From contig JANJGN010000022.1 of NCBI GenBank assembly GCA_026770705.1, positions 47,554,001-47,618,000 of the forward strand: a stretch of DNA of 64,000 nt, read 5' to 3'. Below are positions 12,890 through 25,755 of this stretch, piece after piece. Origin of the DNA: Isurus oxyrinchus (lineage: Eukaryota). The translations under genes and the position numbers were made by a program. Numbering within the stretch: position 1 is the first letter of the stretch; each line of letters begins with the position of its first letter. The notes beneath the pieces are model-generated. The model was not told where the DNA came from, did not search any database, and saw only the letters and a list, made by a program, of their open reading frames with translations.

Positions 12890-13395
12890 CTAATATGAGA
12901 TGACTGCTTGTTCGCTTTCAGACATATTGTTGCAGAAAACTGTCCTCGACACGCTCAAGAAATTCACTACTTTTCTGACATGCACTAGTTTGCTTGTCCT
13001 AATTTATATGAAAGTAAAAATCTCTCATTAAAACCACTCTGCCTTTGCTACATGCTTGACTAATCTCTGTATTTATGCAATCTTTCACTTGACAGCTGCT
13101 ACCAAGGGACCTATACACAATTCCCTCGTAAACATTTTCCTATTTCTTAATTCTACCCATAAAGCCTTCACTATCTGTTTACTCCTTGTTATGTCCTCTC
13201 TTATCATTGAAGTGAATTCAACCTTAATCACTAAGGTTACTTCTTTCCCTCTACCATTTTTGCTATCTTTCCTGTAGAACTTGTGATCTGGTATATTTAG
13301 TTCACAGTCTTGACTGTCTTGCAGCCATGTCTCAGTAATGACTATTACGTCATACCTTCCGAGTTGAATTTGTGCCTGCAATTGTTCCCAATTGT
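12890..13395 (-). mobile_element. CR1 LINE endonuclease fragment
   Basis: ORF 13085..13405 has YDVIVITETWL and ALWVELRN. Confidence 0.8.
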
Positions 13396-14599
13396 ATGAC
13401 ATCAACAGTCAGCAGCTTCTGGTGATGCTGGCAGAGAAAAAGTGCAAAAAGGTGAAAATGTTCAACCCACAAGTTCTTCTTCACTTGCATGGATGCAACA
13501 TTTATCAAAATTTAAGAGAAATGAATTTTGTTGGTCTTAAGTTACCCCTCAGATTGTTGTGCCTACAGTTTCATCTCTGCAGTTTCCTCCAGAACTTGAG
13601 CACATTATCTGGGCAGCCAGTTCAATACAAGATTGAGAGAGGGCTGTCTAACCGTCTGCCTGTTTGGGTAGATGAAAATGATCCTAGGACAATATGTGAT
13701 TCCAAGAATGGATTAATTGGTCATCAGGTTATTTGCTGTTCATTGGGACCTTTTCGTATTTAAATTGGCTGCTGTGTTTGTCTGTAAAGCAACAGTGACT
13801 GGATTAACAAGACCCGTTGAATCTTAGTTCCATTAAAGTAAATGTTAGAGGATGGGTGTTCTTACCTATAAATCTATAAGTTGTTCCTCAAAATATGAGA
13901 GTTAAAAAGTATTTATTGCTTAATACTCTGCGTACATCAGCATGGTGATAATAATTACACATACAATTAAGTGTACATTTATGGCAATATCTTGTGAGCT
14001 CACTGGAGATGCTGACATGGACTGACAATGGGCTGAATAGCCTCATTCTATGCCATAATTGCTCCATTTCACATGTTACAGTGCACAAGCCTGATGCAGG
14101 GGAGGTTTCATGTAATTCTGAGATCTCCCTCCTCTTTTAAACTGTTTCTTTTTCATCCCAGCTACACGAATCCACATTTTCCTAGCATTATCACATCCAA
14201 TTAACTGTTCTCCTTTATCAATAATGGTGCTTTAACAAAAATCATTCCCAACTTTGTTTTAGCTTTCCCTTGGCCTTGGACAGATTAATGAACAAAGGCT
14301 CCCCTGAAGATGACATTGTAACTTATCTTGTATAGAAGTGGCCTTGTCCTAAGAGGCCAGCTGAGAGATCTCAGGACAAAGAAAGTTTGTAACTGGATTT
14401 TGATCAGCTAGACACCTCTGCCTGGTAACTTTTAAGACAGTGTCCACTAACACCACTTGAACGTCTATTGACACTACTGTCCCAGCCAAGGACTTGGATA
14501 TGGGATGCAATTTACAGCCAGGACAACCTGCATCAAACAGTGCATGGCGGGAGGAGGGTGAGTGTGGATGTTCGCACGTGTGTATGAATGTGTGCAATG

Positions 14600-15035
14600 A
14601 AAGCTCCCGAGGCACAGAGCTGCCTCAGGGAGTTGAAGATTCAAAAAATCAAAACTAAAAAACTTAGCAATGTTAAAAACTTGTCCCCTCATGTGACTCT
14701 GTCACATAAGCAGGGACATGTTATAAATGAAATTTAAAAATTCTAATTTAATTTTTAATGGCTGTTAGAAACCTCATCCTGCTCATGGATTTTCCTAAAA
14801 AATTCAAAGGCTGCTTGCCCGCCAACCGTAAAATTTCATTCAATTATAACTTTAATGGCCTTAACAGGCCTGTTAATTGCCGCCGGGAATGCTGCTGACT
14901 CCTGTGCGCACCCGCCGACTGAAATATCGCGCGAGTGTGTGATGACGTTGGGACGCTTGCCTGACGTTATCGCGCATCATTTTATGCTCAAGCAGGTCAG
15001 GCGCACACCTGCCTGCTCAGTGTGTATTTCTGCCC
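14600..15035. mobile_element. Non-autonomous Harbinger (MITE) fragment
   Basis: Ends ...ATTTCTGCCC. Shares GCCGACTGAAATAT with the 5050-5219 terminus, and GAAACCTCATCC / GGACATGTTA with the MITE at 54615. Left boundary is uncertain. Confidence 0.7.
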
Positions 15036-17034
15036 CATGTGTGTTACGGACAGGAGAGAGGCAAGCTGAACTTCTTTATCCTCTCATCATCTATCCATAA
15101 GCAGAGGTGTTTTGAACATTTATAAAGTAGGCTGTTGCGTGTTTCCCCAAACCCTCAGTTTGAGTGGTCCAATTTTTGAAGTAATATGCAGCAAACTCTC
15201 ATTATGATTTACACAGATGGTTATTTCACATAGAAACCTTGGGGTCTGGGGCAATGTTTGCAACCTCACTCTCACACACACACAAATACAGAAAGCGGGA
15301 TAGAAAAGAGGGAGTGTTTACAATTATGGATAACAACAGTAAAAGAACCACAGAAATGAATATTATTTCACGTGATGTCCAGGGCCTAGAAAGTAAAAGC
15401 CCAGAAGGTGTTTCCTTCATGGTCGAGTTCAGTTCAGGTAAGTTCTTGGTTGGAGACAGCAGCATGAAAATCCTTAAATGACAATGCAGCACAATGAGGT
15501 TTCTGTATCTAGACTGCTTGGCTAGTGATGGTCAGATGCCTTTAAAATACAACAGGTTTCAAGGAGTTGAGAGATGGTGGCTGACAGCTTGATCAGTGAC
15601 CTGCTGTTGTTCCTTTCAGATTGGGGGTAATCAGCAGACTAATCTGTGAGGCTAGAAATGCAATAGTAAAACTGTCCCTGGTTGGGGAGCAAATTTGTCT
15701 GTTAGCTTTCTAGTTTCATGATTATAATGTGGCCTTACAATGGGGTGTGAGATTCCATAAGGATGAGACTAGAACTCTTTTGTTCTTGTAATCTCTGTTG
15801 GAAACTTCCAGAACAGAAGGTCAATCTTGTAAGTCATGTGACCAGTAGCAGCCATCTTTTTGGTTCAGCAAAAGTCCATTTAAAAATAGCAAAAGAAAAG
15901 AATGAAAGTTTTGATGTACACAGTTTTGATTTCTTTTCATGCTTTATTGACATGATATTTGCAACCAAATTATAATTGCCACAGACTAACTGAACTTTTT
16001 TAAAGCACCGACTTTAATATTAAAATTTTATATATAGACCTCAAGACAATTAAATTAACTTTTATAATGGGAGTAGAATCCGACAGGTTCTGTAAGAATG
16101 TGCGACTTGCCCCACTGGACTTGCCTTTCCGGGCTCCACCCAGATAATGCTCAATGGACAGGCATTAACGTCAGCTTCAAAGTGACCAAACCAGAGTAGC
16201 TGTACTCATATCAGCATGGCCTCAATGCCATTAGTCTCGGCAGGCTCAATCATCTCACAAACTGGCCATTTTGCTTTCCAAGGTCATGTGTGTGAGGGGC
16301 CCGGGTTCTGGGGGATGGAAATTGTTAAACTGTTGAATTTGACAGCAGTAAAATTTGAAAGATTTATGTCATGTAGAACGATGGTAATGACAGCAAATGT
16401 ATGTACTTTTAACTTTGATTGAAACTCAGTATCTTGTTAGTTAGAGATGTTCTATTTCAGTGCTCCAAATACAGAACTACATTTTTGAATATGAGAGTTT
16501 TTTATTATCAATATCAGTACATCCTTTGATGACATGGTACCTAGATTAATGAACCAGTTGATAATATTTAATGAAAAGTGTAACATGGACTGAAAAGCCT
16601 GAAATAACGATGTAACTGGTTAATTTTTGGGCTGCATTCTATGACTTCAGTTATGCCTGTTATGGTATGAGATTGCACATAGGCTTGATATATTAAGTTG
16701 GATTGACCACTGTTGACTTTGCCAGCTTGTTTTGTGTGGGAATACAAGCGTTAAGTGAGTGGAAAATAGTAACGGTCCACTAAGCAAACAAGCACTTCAG
16801 CAGAATTCAATATAAATTGTCTTGTGTCCTGTGTGTGCTGCATTCTTAAGGCAGGATATAGACAATGAAAATACCAAAAGCCTGTGATTATATGAGGTCA
16901 GGAAGCATGCCAATGGTACAAATCCCTACGATTATCAAGACACTGACAGGACGGACCTCAATATGGGAATTTTAAAACTTCTTCTGATTTTATGGAGTTA
17001 TCATTGTGGTCAGAGGTGTGAGAAACCTTGAAAC

Positions 17035-17300
17035 AGAATCACAGGATCTTTATATAATAGGAGGCCATTCAGCCATCGAGTCTGCACTGGCTCTCTGAAA
17101 GAGTATTCTACCTAGTCCCATTCCCCTGTCTTATACCGTAACCTTGCACATTGCTTCTTTTCAGCTAGCAATTCAATTCCCTTTTGCATACCTTGGTCAA
17201 ACCTGTCTCCACTGCCCTTTCAGGAAGTTCGTTCCAGATTCCAACCACACTCTAGGTGAAAAATCTTTTCCTCATCACTATTACTCCTTTCGCCAATTAA
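17035..17300 (-). mobile_element. CR1 3' fragment
   Basis: Reverse complement of a CR1 3' end (TTTTTCACCTAGAGTGTGGTTGGAATCTGGAAC...). Confidence 0.65.
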
Positions 17301-18400
17301 AAAAAATGTGAAGATATGCCTGGGTGATGCTTTTCAAACGTATGAAATGTTTGGGGGTCTTACAGCAGTCAAAAAGGGCATTTTGAAACAGTTCATAGAG
17401 ATGCTGTCCATAAGGGGTGACATTACCTTTGACAATTTACAGAGCTGACCATTCAGGGAGTAACCAATCCCTGATCACTACAGATTTTGAACACATGAGA
17501 AAGTTGTATCTTTCCTTTGTCTCTTGCTGTATAGCTGGATTTTGGCCAACAAGCCAGAAGTTACATTTTTCACCCTGGGTGTCAGATCAGTGGTCCAGGT
17601 GTGAACAGGGTCTAGAAGAGGCCAGCTGGGTTGGGTATTGTGAGTATCATTCAGGGAATGCGTAACCCCTTAGTCTCCTGGTTGAATCAGAGATCTGGAG
17701 GGGAAGTGCCAGGTTTTCTGTGGGTTAAAGTTGTTAGGGGAAAATTAAAAATGCTAAAAGAGAACACTATAAGAATTTACTGAAGAGCACTTAAAATCTC
17801 CAAGCAGCCATGGACGTTAGACCTAATGACAGCTGAGGGTAAGCAAATGGACATTGCACACAAAGGGGCTTTGAGGTTGTGTGATTTACACAGTTTCAAG
17901 AGATGAGCCAATGTCCAGTCCCAGGCAGAACCATTCAAGTGGTGCAACGATGCGATGAAGCCTTGAGAGCTGGACTGGAGATAAAACATAAAATGAAGTT
18001 AGTTTAGATATACTCCTCTCTCAGATAAGGACAGGGCAGATGGTTTTAGCTTAGATATGGGAAAACATACAATGGACAGAGGGGTCTTTGATGAAACAAC
18101 AGCAGTCTTGAGTTGTGAGAACCAAGGTCTTGCATACGTGTTTTAATTTTGATTGAACAATACAATTATTAATATACCTTTTAGCAAAATCACAGTTTAT
18201 GTACTCAATAGGATAGTTTTAAAATGGTACCTATGTGTAGGTTACCGATTGGATATATTCAAATGTATTCAAATGTATTGTGATAAGAAAAAGTACAAAA
18301 GTAGTGAAATGTAATCGATCTGGGAGCTGGGTCTTCATTCTTAGGAATGGTTGCGGCTCCCTTGCATATGCTTGAATAAAATTGGTAAAGGAAGCTTGAA

Positions 18401-18610
18401 CAAAAACAGAAACAGAAATACCTGGAAAAACTCAGCAGGTCTGGCAGCATCGGTGGAGAAGAGCACAGTTGACGTTTCGAGTCCTCATGATCCTTCAACA
18501 GAACTTAGTAAAAATAGGAAAGGGGTGAAATATAAGCTGGTTTAAGGGGGAGGGGGGAGAGAGGGGACCGGGGCGGGGGGGGGGGGGGGGGGGAGGTTGT
18601 TGGGACAAGC
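18401..18610 (-). mobile_element. Penelope-like element terminal repeat fragment with hammerhead motif
   Basis: Shared repeat GGAAAAACTCAGCAGGTCTGGCAGCATC occurs five times in the window. Adjacent hammerhead core; followed by a G-run. Confidence 0.65.
18467..18505 (-). ncRNA. Minimal type I hammerhead ribozyme-like motif (variant core CUGUUGA)
   Basis: Minus strand reads AGTT-CTGTTGA-AGGATCATGAGGACTC-GAAAC-GTC-AACT: stem I AGTT/AACT, GUC cleavage triplet, palindromic ACGT in place of stem III. Confidence 0.6.
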
Positions 18611-19399
18611 CTGAGTCTCTCTCGTTGCTATGTGGTCAAGGATTGTAGTTTCTCCTCTTCAACTGGTCTATGTGGTAGTTGCAGGATGGGAGGGAATACC
18701 CTCTTCAAAGTAAAGAGATTGAAGGGCAAGGTTGAGAACTATGTGGAAAATTCAGCTTTGTGGATATCATTCAGAAAACTGATGTGTAAATCTTTAATCT
18801 CAAAATAGTTTAAAGACAGGGAGCTGGATGAAAGAGGACAGTTGTTCTGTTTAAAAGGTAGAACACAAATTAGATTGGGAGGATTCAGCTCCTGTGGGGT
18901 ATTTATAAAATGAGAAGACAACTGAATTGAATGGGATCAGTTTGTAAGTTTTATTTTTCATTGATGGGTCCTACATGATGTTACTCACCTATTCATCAGT
19001 TACCAATGTCCTATTCATATCTTTGTGATTTTGAAACGTAGGTCAATAAAATAAGTTTGAGAATTTTATGATCCTATACCTTTGCCAGCATCATTATTTA
19101 TTCAATTTAAGTCTGAAGCCTCATAACAATTCGTGTGTTACAAGTATCACCAATGATTTCGCTTGTTGTTTCCATAGAGTTGGATGGTGCATGCTTCCTG
19201 TTTTCTTAAGTCACATTTGCTTTCTACATTGAAAAATTGGTTGGTAATTAGCTGTAGAGATCCCTGATTATGTATCCCTCAAACACAGTCATTCTAAAAC
19301 AAAAGGTCTTGTATGGTTTCTTCCGTGGCCCTTACTCCGATTTTGGTAGTTGGAAGTTGTGTCTTCTAGTGAAAGAAATTAATTACTCTGACATTATTT

Positions 19400-19810
19400 C
19401 AGTGGTGGCACTCTCACCTCTCAATTAGAAGCTTGTGGATTCCATTCCCACTCCAGAGACTTGAGCACTTAATCCAGGCTGACACTCCAGTGCAATACTG
19501 AGGAAGTACTACTTGGTTGGAGATGCTGTGCTTCTGATCAGATGTTAAACTGAGGTCCAGTCTGCCATTGCAGATGGACTTAAGAGATGCGAACAAGAGC
19601 AGAGTGCTCCTGGCCAATATCCAACTCTCAACTAACCCATTAGAAGAAATTATCTGGTCATTGTTGCAATGCTGTTTGCTGTGCACAGATTGGCTGCTAC
19701 ATTTCCGATATTATAACAGCGTCTACACTTCAAAGAGCACTTCATTGGCTGTAAAGTTCTTTGGGACATCCTGAGGTTTTGGAAGGTAATATATATAAAT
19801 AGATAAAGTA
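19400..19810 (+). mobile_element. DeuSINE-type SINE (SacSINE1/AmnSINE1-like)
   Basis: GAGACTTGAGCAC...GGCTGACACTCCAGTGCAATACTGAGG core and L2-like tail GGGACATCCTGAGG...TATATAAAT. Confidence 0.75.
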
Positions 19811-20009
19811 ATATATATAAATGCACATCTTTCTTCCTAGTGGATTTTAGAATTGGGGATAGAAACACTGGGGTAGGTTGCTGTACTGTTGGTGTGGATA
19901 ACCAAATCATTAATTTAAATATCACATCAATCAGGGGCATTCCCAATTTGGCATTCTGACCTTTATGGCCAACTCTCCAACCCACACTTGCATCATTTAG
20001 TACTGACTC

Positions 20010-21530
20010 ACTGGCTATGCCAGCATTTGTTCCTAATTGCCCTTGAGAAGGTGGTGGTAGATCACCTCTTGAACCGTTACAGTTCACGTGGTGTAGGTAC
20101 ATCCACAGTGTTGTTAGGGAGGGAGTTCCAGGATTTTGACCCAGTAACAGTGAAGGAATGGCACTATAGTTCCAAGTCAGGATGGTGTGTGGCTTGGAAG
20201 GGAATTTGCAGGAGGTGATGTTACCATGCATATGCTGCCCTTGTCCTTCCAGGTGGTGGAGGTTGCGGGTTTGGAAGGTGCTGTCAGAGAAGGCTTACTG
20301 AGTTCCTGCGGTACATTTTGTAGATGGTTCACACTTATGCCACTGTACGTCAGTGGTTGAGGGAGTGATTGTTTGTGGAAGAGGTGCCAATCAAGTGGGC
20401 TGCTTTGTCCTGGATGGTCCTGAGCTTCTTGAGCATTGTTGCAGTTGCACCCATGCAGGCAGGTGGAGAATATTCCATCGCACTCCTGTGCTTTATAGAT
20501 GGTGGATAGGCTTTGGGGAGTGAGACGGTGATTTACTCTCCGTTGAATTCCCATCCTCTGCCCTGCTCTTGTAGCCACAGTACTTATATGGCTGGTCCAG
20601 TTCAGTTTCTGGTCAATGGTAAATGCTCAGGATGTTGATAGTGGGGATTCAGTGATCATCATTCCATTGAATGTCAAGGGGAGATGGTTAGATTCTCTTT
20701 TGCTGGAGATGGTCATTGCCTGGCATTTGTGTGGTGCGAATGTTAATTGCCACTTATTAGCCCAAGACTGAATATTGGCCAGTTCACTCACAATATTCCA
20801 AATATGGTCTGACCAGAGCCTTATAAAGCCTCAGCATCACATCCCTGCTTTTATATTCTAGTCCTCTCGAAATAAATGCCAACATTGCATTTGCGTTCCT
20901 AACCATCGACTCAACCTGCCAGTTAACCTTAAGAGAATCCTGGACTAGGACTCCCAAGTCCCTTTGCACTCCAGATTTCTGAATTCTCTCCCCATTTAGA
21001 AAATAGTCTATGCCTCTATTCTTCCTACCAAAGTGCATGACCTCACAGTTGCCCACATTGTATTCCATCTGCCACTTCTTTACCCATTCTCCTAACCTGT
21101 CCAAATCCTTCTGCGGTCACTCTCACCTCACCTCTTGAGTTCTGTTCTTTTGTCCATGTAAGGCTGTAATGAAGTCAGGAGCTAAGTGGTCCTAGCGGAA
21201 GCCAAACTGCGTATTAATGAGCAGGTTCTTGCTGTGTAAGTGCTGCTTGATAATACTATCTACAACATCTTCCATTACATTGCTGACGATCGAGAATAGA
21301 CTGATGGGGTGGGGGGTTGGGATTGGATTTGTCCTACATTTTGTGTACAGGACATATCTGGGCAATTTTCTATATTGCTGGGTAGATGCCCAGTGTTGTA
21401 GCTGTACTGGAATAGCTTGGCTACGGGAGTGTGTAGTTTTGGAGCACAAGTCTTTTGTATTATTGCCAGAAAGTTATCAGCGCCCATAGCCTTTGCAGTA
21501 TTCAGTGCCTTCAGCCATTTCTTATATTTT
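20010..21530 (-). mobile_element. CR1-clade LINE of a second family, with an internal CR1 fragment at 20784-21115
   Basis: Homologous to 28365-30210 and 47785-48265 (CKFPSKPHTILTW motif, KAMGADN). ORF 20784..21104 is classic CR1 RT sequence. Confidence 0.8.
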
Positions 21531-22133
21531 TGTGTGTGTGTGAGAAATTCCATTCAAAGTGTAGGCAAATTAACAATCATGTAAAATATGCAAAACAAAG
21601 ACATTTTCCCATTTTTTTCCAAAGAAGCTATTTACTGGTCAAAAATGCTAACCAATGCTAGCTCTGCTGTGTAGGCTCATACCAATTAAGAAATGGGGTA
21701 AGACAACCACAAATCATTTCACCTAGAATTATTCCCATGAACACACAGAGGAAACTTTAATTCATTCAGTCTAAACTAGATTCAAACCCAAGTCTAGAGG
21801 TGGGAAGGCAGTATGTAGAACAATTTATCATGCAGTCCCTTAGTAGTTGTTGCAAATAAACAGGGCAGTCTTTTTTTCAAAATATACTGTGTTGGACACC
21901 AAAGGTTCATATTAAATGAACAGTGTCTAAATTGGTGGGATTATTACAACATTTGATAAACTTTATCTCAGAAATTGAACAATTTGACAATGCAATGATT
22001 TGACCCAGAAAAAAGAATTGCTTCAACTCCATGATATATCCGGGGTCCCTTATTGAAAGTCTGTTCCCACACATACACCATACTCACAACAAAAATGGGA
22101 AAATGCCCTTGGAAGTGATATGACCCAAGCCAC

Positions 22134-22245
22134 TGACAGTTGATATAAGAGTCTGCTACACAGCCTTTCATCAGCATAAATGGTTTAAAGCTATATATAG
22201 GGCTGATCAAAATTCCTTTAGGGCAGTTGTAAAGTCTATATTTAG
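22134..22245. promoter_or_regulatory. Candidate muscle enhancer in DHRS7C intron 1 (two MEF2 sites, two E-boxes)
   Basis: CTATATATAG at 22191-22200 and CTATATTTAG at 22236-22245 both match CTA(A/T)4TAG. CAGTTG at 22137 and 22224. TGACAG at 22134. Lies in non-repetitive sequence. Confidence 0.45.
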
Positions 22246-22649
22246 GTATGAAGTCTGCTCTTCCTGTTCTTGGCAATTAACCTGTGACATTCTGTGAATG
22301 AAGGATACAAAAGTCCTGTTCAACAGTAAAGTAAATTTTACTGCAAACTCTGTTGTATTTGTGCGACTTTCTTTGTTTTCACATGGTGGCGGTTTGGATT
22401 GAGGGCTCTAAAACAAAGGGTAATAAATACAAGATTAAATGTAAATGACTTAGTGCAGAATAAAACTATTTTTCAGAGGGTTGTGAGATCGTGGTATACA
22501 CCACTAGGAATAATGATTGAAGCAGAGACTATGTCAACATTTCAGAATAGATTAGACAGGTAACTAAAGCAAAGGGCAATAAAGGGGTAAGGACCCGAGA
22601 TACCCCCCACTGCCACCAACCCAACGCCCCCCCCCCCCCCGTCCACGGT

Positions 22650-22790
22650 CTTCTTTAAATAACGTTGTGAGATCTTCACATTCACTGGCAGGGTGGGTTT
22701 AACATTTAATGTGACAGGCGGCACTTTCTACAATGCAACACTACCCCCAGTACTGTACTGAGGCATTAGCCTGGATTTTGTGCTCAAGTA
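22650..22790 (-). mobile_element. DeuSINE fragment
   Basis: CAGTACTGTACTGAGGCATTAGCCTGGATTTTGTGCTCAAGT is the reverse complement of the DeuSINE core. Confidence 0.6.
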
Positions 22791-22794
22791 CACT

Positions 22795-23230
22795 TAAGAA
22801 CTTTGCACAGTTCTAGTTTCCACGTTATAAGAAGGATACAGAGGCAATGGAGAAAGTGGAAAAATTATTCACCTGGATGATAACAGAGCCGAGAGGACAT
22901 ACTTATCAAGAAAGGCTGAACAGGGTGAGGCTCTTTTCTCTAGCAAAGGGAATTTTGAGGAGTGACCTGATAACCCTGTAGGAAAACCTGTAAAACTTGG
23001 GAAATGATTGGTACTGGTCAGAATTGGTGTTTTAGGGTGTACAAGACCCTTTCAGACCAGTACCACTCATTTCCCAAGTTTTACTGGTTTTTCCTTCTGG
23101 GAAAGGTCTTTATGCTTGTGAAAGGGATTGGTTGGATAGTTGGAATGAAGATGTTTTCACTGTTCGGGGGAGAGGAAAAGTAGGGACCATAAATATAAGA
23201 TAGCCATTAATAAATTCAATAGGAAGTTAT
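22795..23230 (+). mobile_element. Degenerate CR1 3' fragment interrupted by a hairpin element
   Basis: CAGTTCTAG...TATAAGAAGGATA, AGGCTGAACAGG, GAGGAGTGACCTGATA|AAAGGTC. Confidence 0.6.
22974..23101. repeat. ~128-bp inverted-repeat (MITE-like) hairpin
   Basis: Arms 22981-23023 and 23051-23094 are near-perfect reverse complements. Termini are CCC...GGG. Confidence 0.8.
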
Positions 23231-23365
23231 TCTTTAATGGGAACAAAATATGACCCAAAGCCCTTTGCAGCAAATAGAAATGCATCTTTCCAATAGACTA
23301 AAAAATCTGAAATAGAGTTTACGTTTACTTCAACACAATTTAATGCTTTATTTAATGCTTAACAG

Positions 23366-23478
23366 AATGTTCCAGAGTATTTCACAGTGGAGGAGGTCGA
23401 GTAGTCTTGTGTGGCAATGACTGGGAAAAGTTAGAAGCCCTGCAACAAGCCCTAATTGATGTTGCTGACCCTAGTCGT
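23366..23478 (+). CDS. DHRS7C: Dehydrogenase/reductase SDR family member 7C, coding exon 2
   Basis: aacag|AATGTTCC...AGTCGT|gtgagt, 113 bp. Encodes (E)CSRVFHSGGGRVVLCGNDWEKLEALQQALIDVADPSR, matching human ECARVFHTGGARLVLCGKNWERLE. Confidence 0.95.
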
Positions 23479-24103
23479 GTGAGTATTGTTTTTTTAGAAA
23501 TATACATCTCTCTGATAGTTTCAGCATCTACTTTAAACACATTTATGGCAATGGGTTGAAAAATAATTCAATTTGCTCCTGTCACTTTTCTCTTCATCAT
23601 CAAAATTTTTAAGTGAGGTGAATATATGCATTTGATATTGTGATTATGTAACTGGTTACTTTGTTGATCGATACAAATATAAACAGAAGTGGTGACATTA
23701 AAACACAAATCTGTAGAAGACTGAAAGAAAACATGATTCTAATTACCTAGCCATGCAGTACAGTAAATATGGGCTTCCCAACCAGGGGCACTGTGTTCAA
23801 ATCTGAGGATCCTCTGATTTGGACTGTACCTTGAAGGCACGCCTTGTTATTCTTTAAGGAGAAAAACAAACAGTTAAAAAGGCAATAAGATAGGTATTTA
23901 CCAGATGTAACTAGATTTACCAGACAGCAGCTGGCTGCAGTAATTCATCTGTTCTGACAAAGCTCTAATATGGAATGCACATCAACTCATATGTTTGGTA
24001 CTTTATTACATTTTTATATTCAATCCATTTTGATTGAAAAGAAAAACTGCTACTGTTTGGATCCGGATAGACGATGATTTATTGATGACTGTTCTTTTGG
24101 TAG

Positions 24104-24314
24104 ACATTCAGTCCAAAGCTTGTGCTTTTGGACCTCAGTGAAACAGGGAATATTCCTGAGGTAGCTAAGGAAATCCTCGAATCCTATGGGTGTGTGGACG
24201 TGCTAATTAACAACAGCAGTCTGAAAGTTAAAGGAGATGCTCTCAATGTCACTTTGGAAATGGACAAGAAGATAATGGATGCAAACTACTTTGGACCAAT
24301 ATCCCTGACTAAAG
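24104..24314 (+). CDS. DHRS7C: DHRS7C coding exon 3
   Basis: tag|ACATTC...AAAG|gtaact, 211 bp. Encodes TFSPKLVLLDLSE...YGCVDVLINNSSLKVKG...MDANYFGPISLTK. Confidence 0.96.
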
Positions 24315-24739
24315 GTAACTGTAGCCTAAGGTTTATTGTCAGTAGCATGGCTCAAGCAAGATTGTTTACATGATAAAAGAATTACTTAAAAGTTGTGGAC
24401 TTGGTAGCACACTCAACTTTCATAAGAAACTGGCATTGTATTCAGGAATAAAGGGACTTGTAATGGAAACAAGGTGCAGCAATAAAGGGCAGGACCCATG
24501 AGAAATTCATGGAACATTGAGGTGACTTTTGAGAATCATTTCAACTTGATGGAAAGATGGATAACAGAGAGGTTACCAAACAACTCTGATAACAATGGAT
24601 GACAGTCAGCAGTTGAAAATCGACATGGTAGTTCAGAGAGAAATACTGGAACCAGTTCCTGGTAACATGCAAAGAGTCAGGGCTCCGACTCTGACTCAAG
24701 AGAATGTAAATTAATAATAAATATAGTTACATGATTGTG

Positions 24740-25755
24740 ATAGAAGCACTAGAAATAAGGTACCAAAACCTTAGGTCTTTGAGGCAGAAATAAATTATGG
24801 GTTAGTAGGGATATCAGAAACCAGGTTAACTCTTGAAGATGGTAATTAATACATCAATCAAAGGTACATAAGAAATAAGAAATATGGCCAGGATTAGGAT
24901 TTATTGTTATGGTTCAGCAAGCTGCTCTGCTGAACCTGTACATCAATTTCACTTTCCTGACTTAACCATATATCCCTTGATTCCCTTAGTGACCGAAAAT
25001 CTATCAATTTCTGTCCTGAATATACAGAGGGCATTCAATAAGGTACCACACAAGAGATTATTACACACAATCAGAACTCATGGGATTGGGGGTAAAATAT
25101 TAGTATGGATTGAGGATTGGCTAACAGACAAAAAATAGAGATTAGGAATAAACAGGCAATTTTCAGGTGGGTTGTGCATAACTAGTTGGGTACAGCAAAG
25201 ATTGGGTTACAACTATTTACAATCTATATCAATGGCTTAGGTGAAGGGTTTGAATGTAATATATTCATGTTTTCTGATTATACAAAGCAAGGTGGGAAAG
25301 TAAGCTATGAGAAAAACACAAAGAGGCTGCAAAAGAAAATAGACAGGTTAAGTGATTGGCAAAAATGTGGCAAATGGAATATAATGTGCAGAAATGTAAT
25401 GTTATCCACTTTGGTAGGAAATATAAAAAAGTAGGATATTAAAAAGTGAAAGACAGAAATGTTGGTATTCAGAGAAATCAGGGTGTCTTTGTACATAAAT
25501 CGCAAGAAATTAATATGCAGGTGTAGCGAACAATTAGGAAAGCAAATGGTATATTAGCCTTTATTACAAAACAATTAGAGTATGAGAATAAATAAGTCTT
25601 AATGCAATTATATAGTGCCTTGGAGTAATTACACCTGGAAAACAGACAGGCGGAAAGTAGAGTTGAGGTAGAAATCAGCCAGGATCTTATTAAATGATAG
25701 AGCAGGCTCAAACAGCTGTATGGCTTATTTATATTCCTGTTTCTTATGTTCATAT
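24740..25755 (+). mobile_element. Degenerate CR1 fragments in DHRS7C intron 3
   Basis: AFNKVPHKRLL and LFTIYIN RT motifs; CR1 3' tail near 25750. Confidence 0.75.

Noticed and set aside
15239-15481. 80-aa ORF with a donor-like CAG|GTAAG as possible DHRS7C exon 1
   Set aside because: No hydrophobic signal anchor and no Rossmann VVVITD..SGLG motif.
18546-18594. Long G-run (G-quadruplex potential)
   Set aside because: A simple low-complexity tract within the Penelope-like fragment; similar runs occur at 22627 and 62385.
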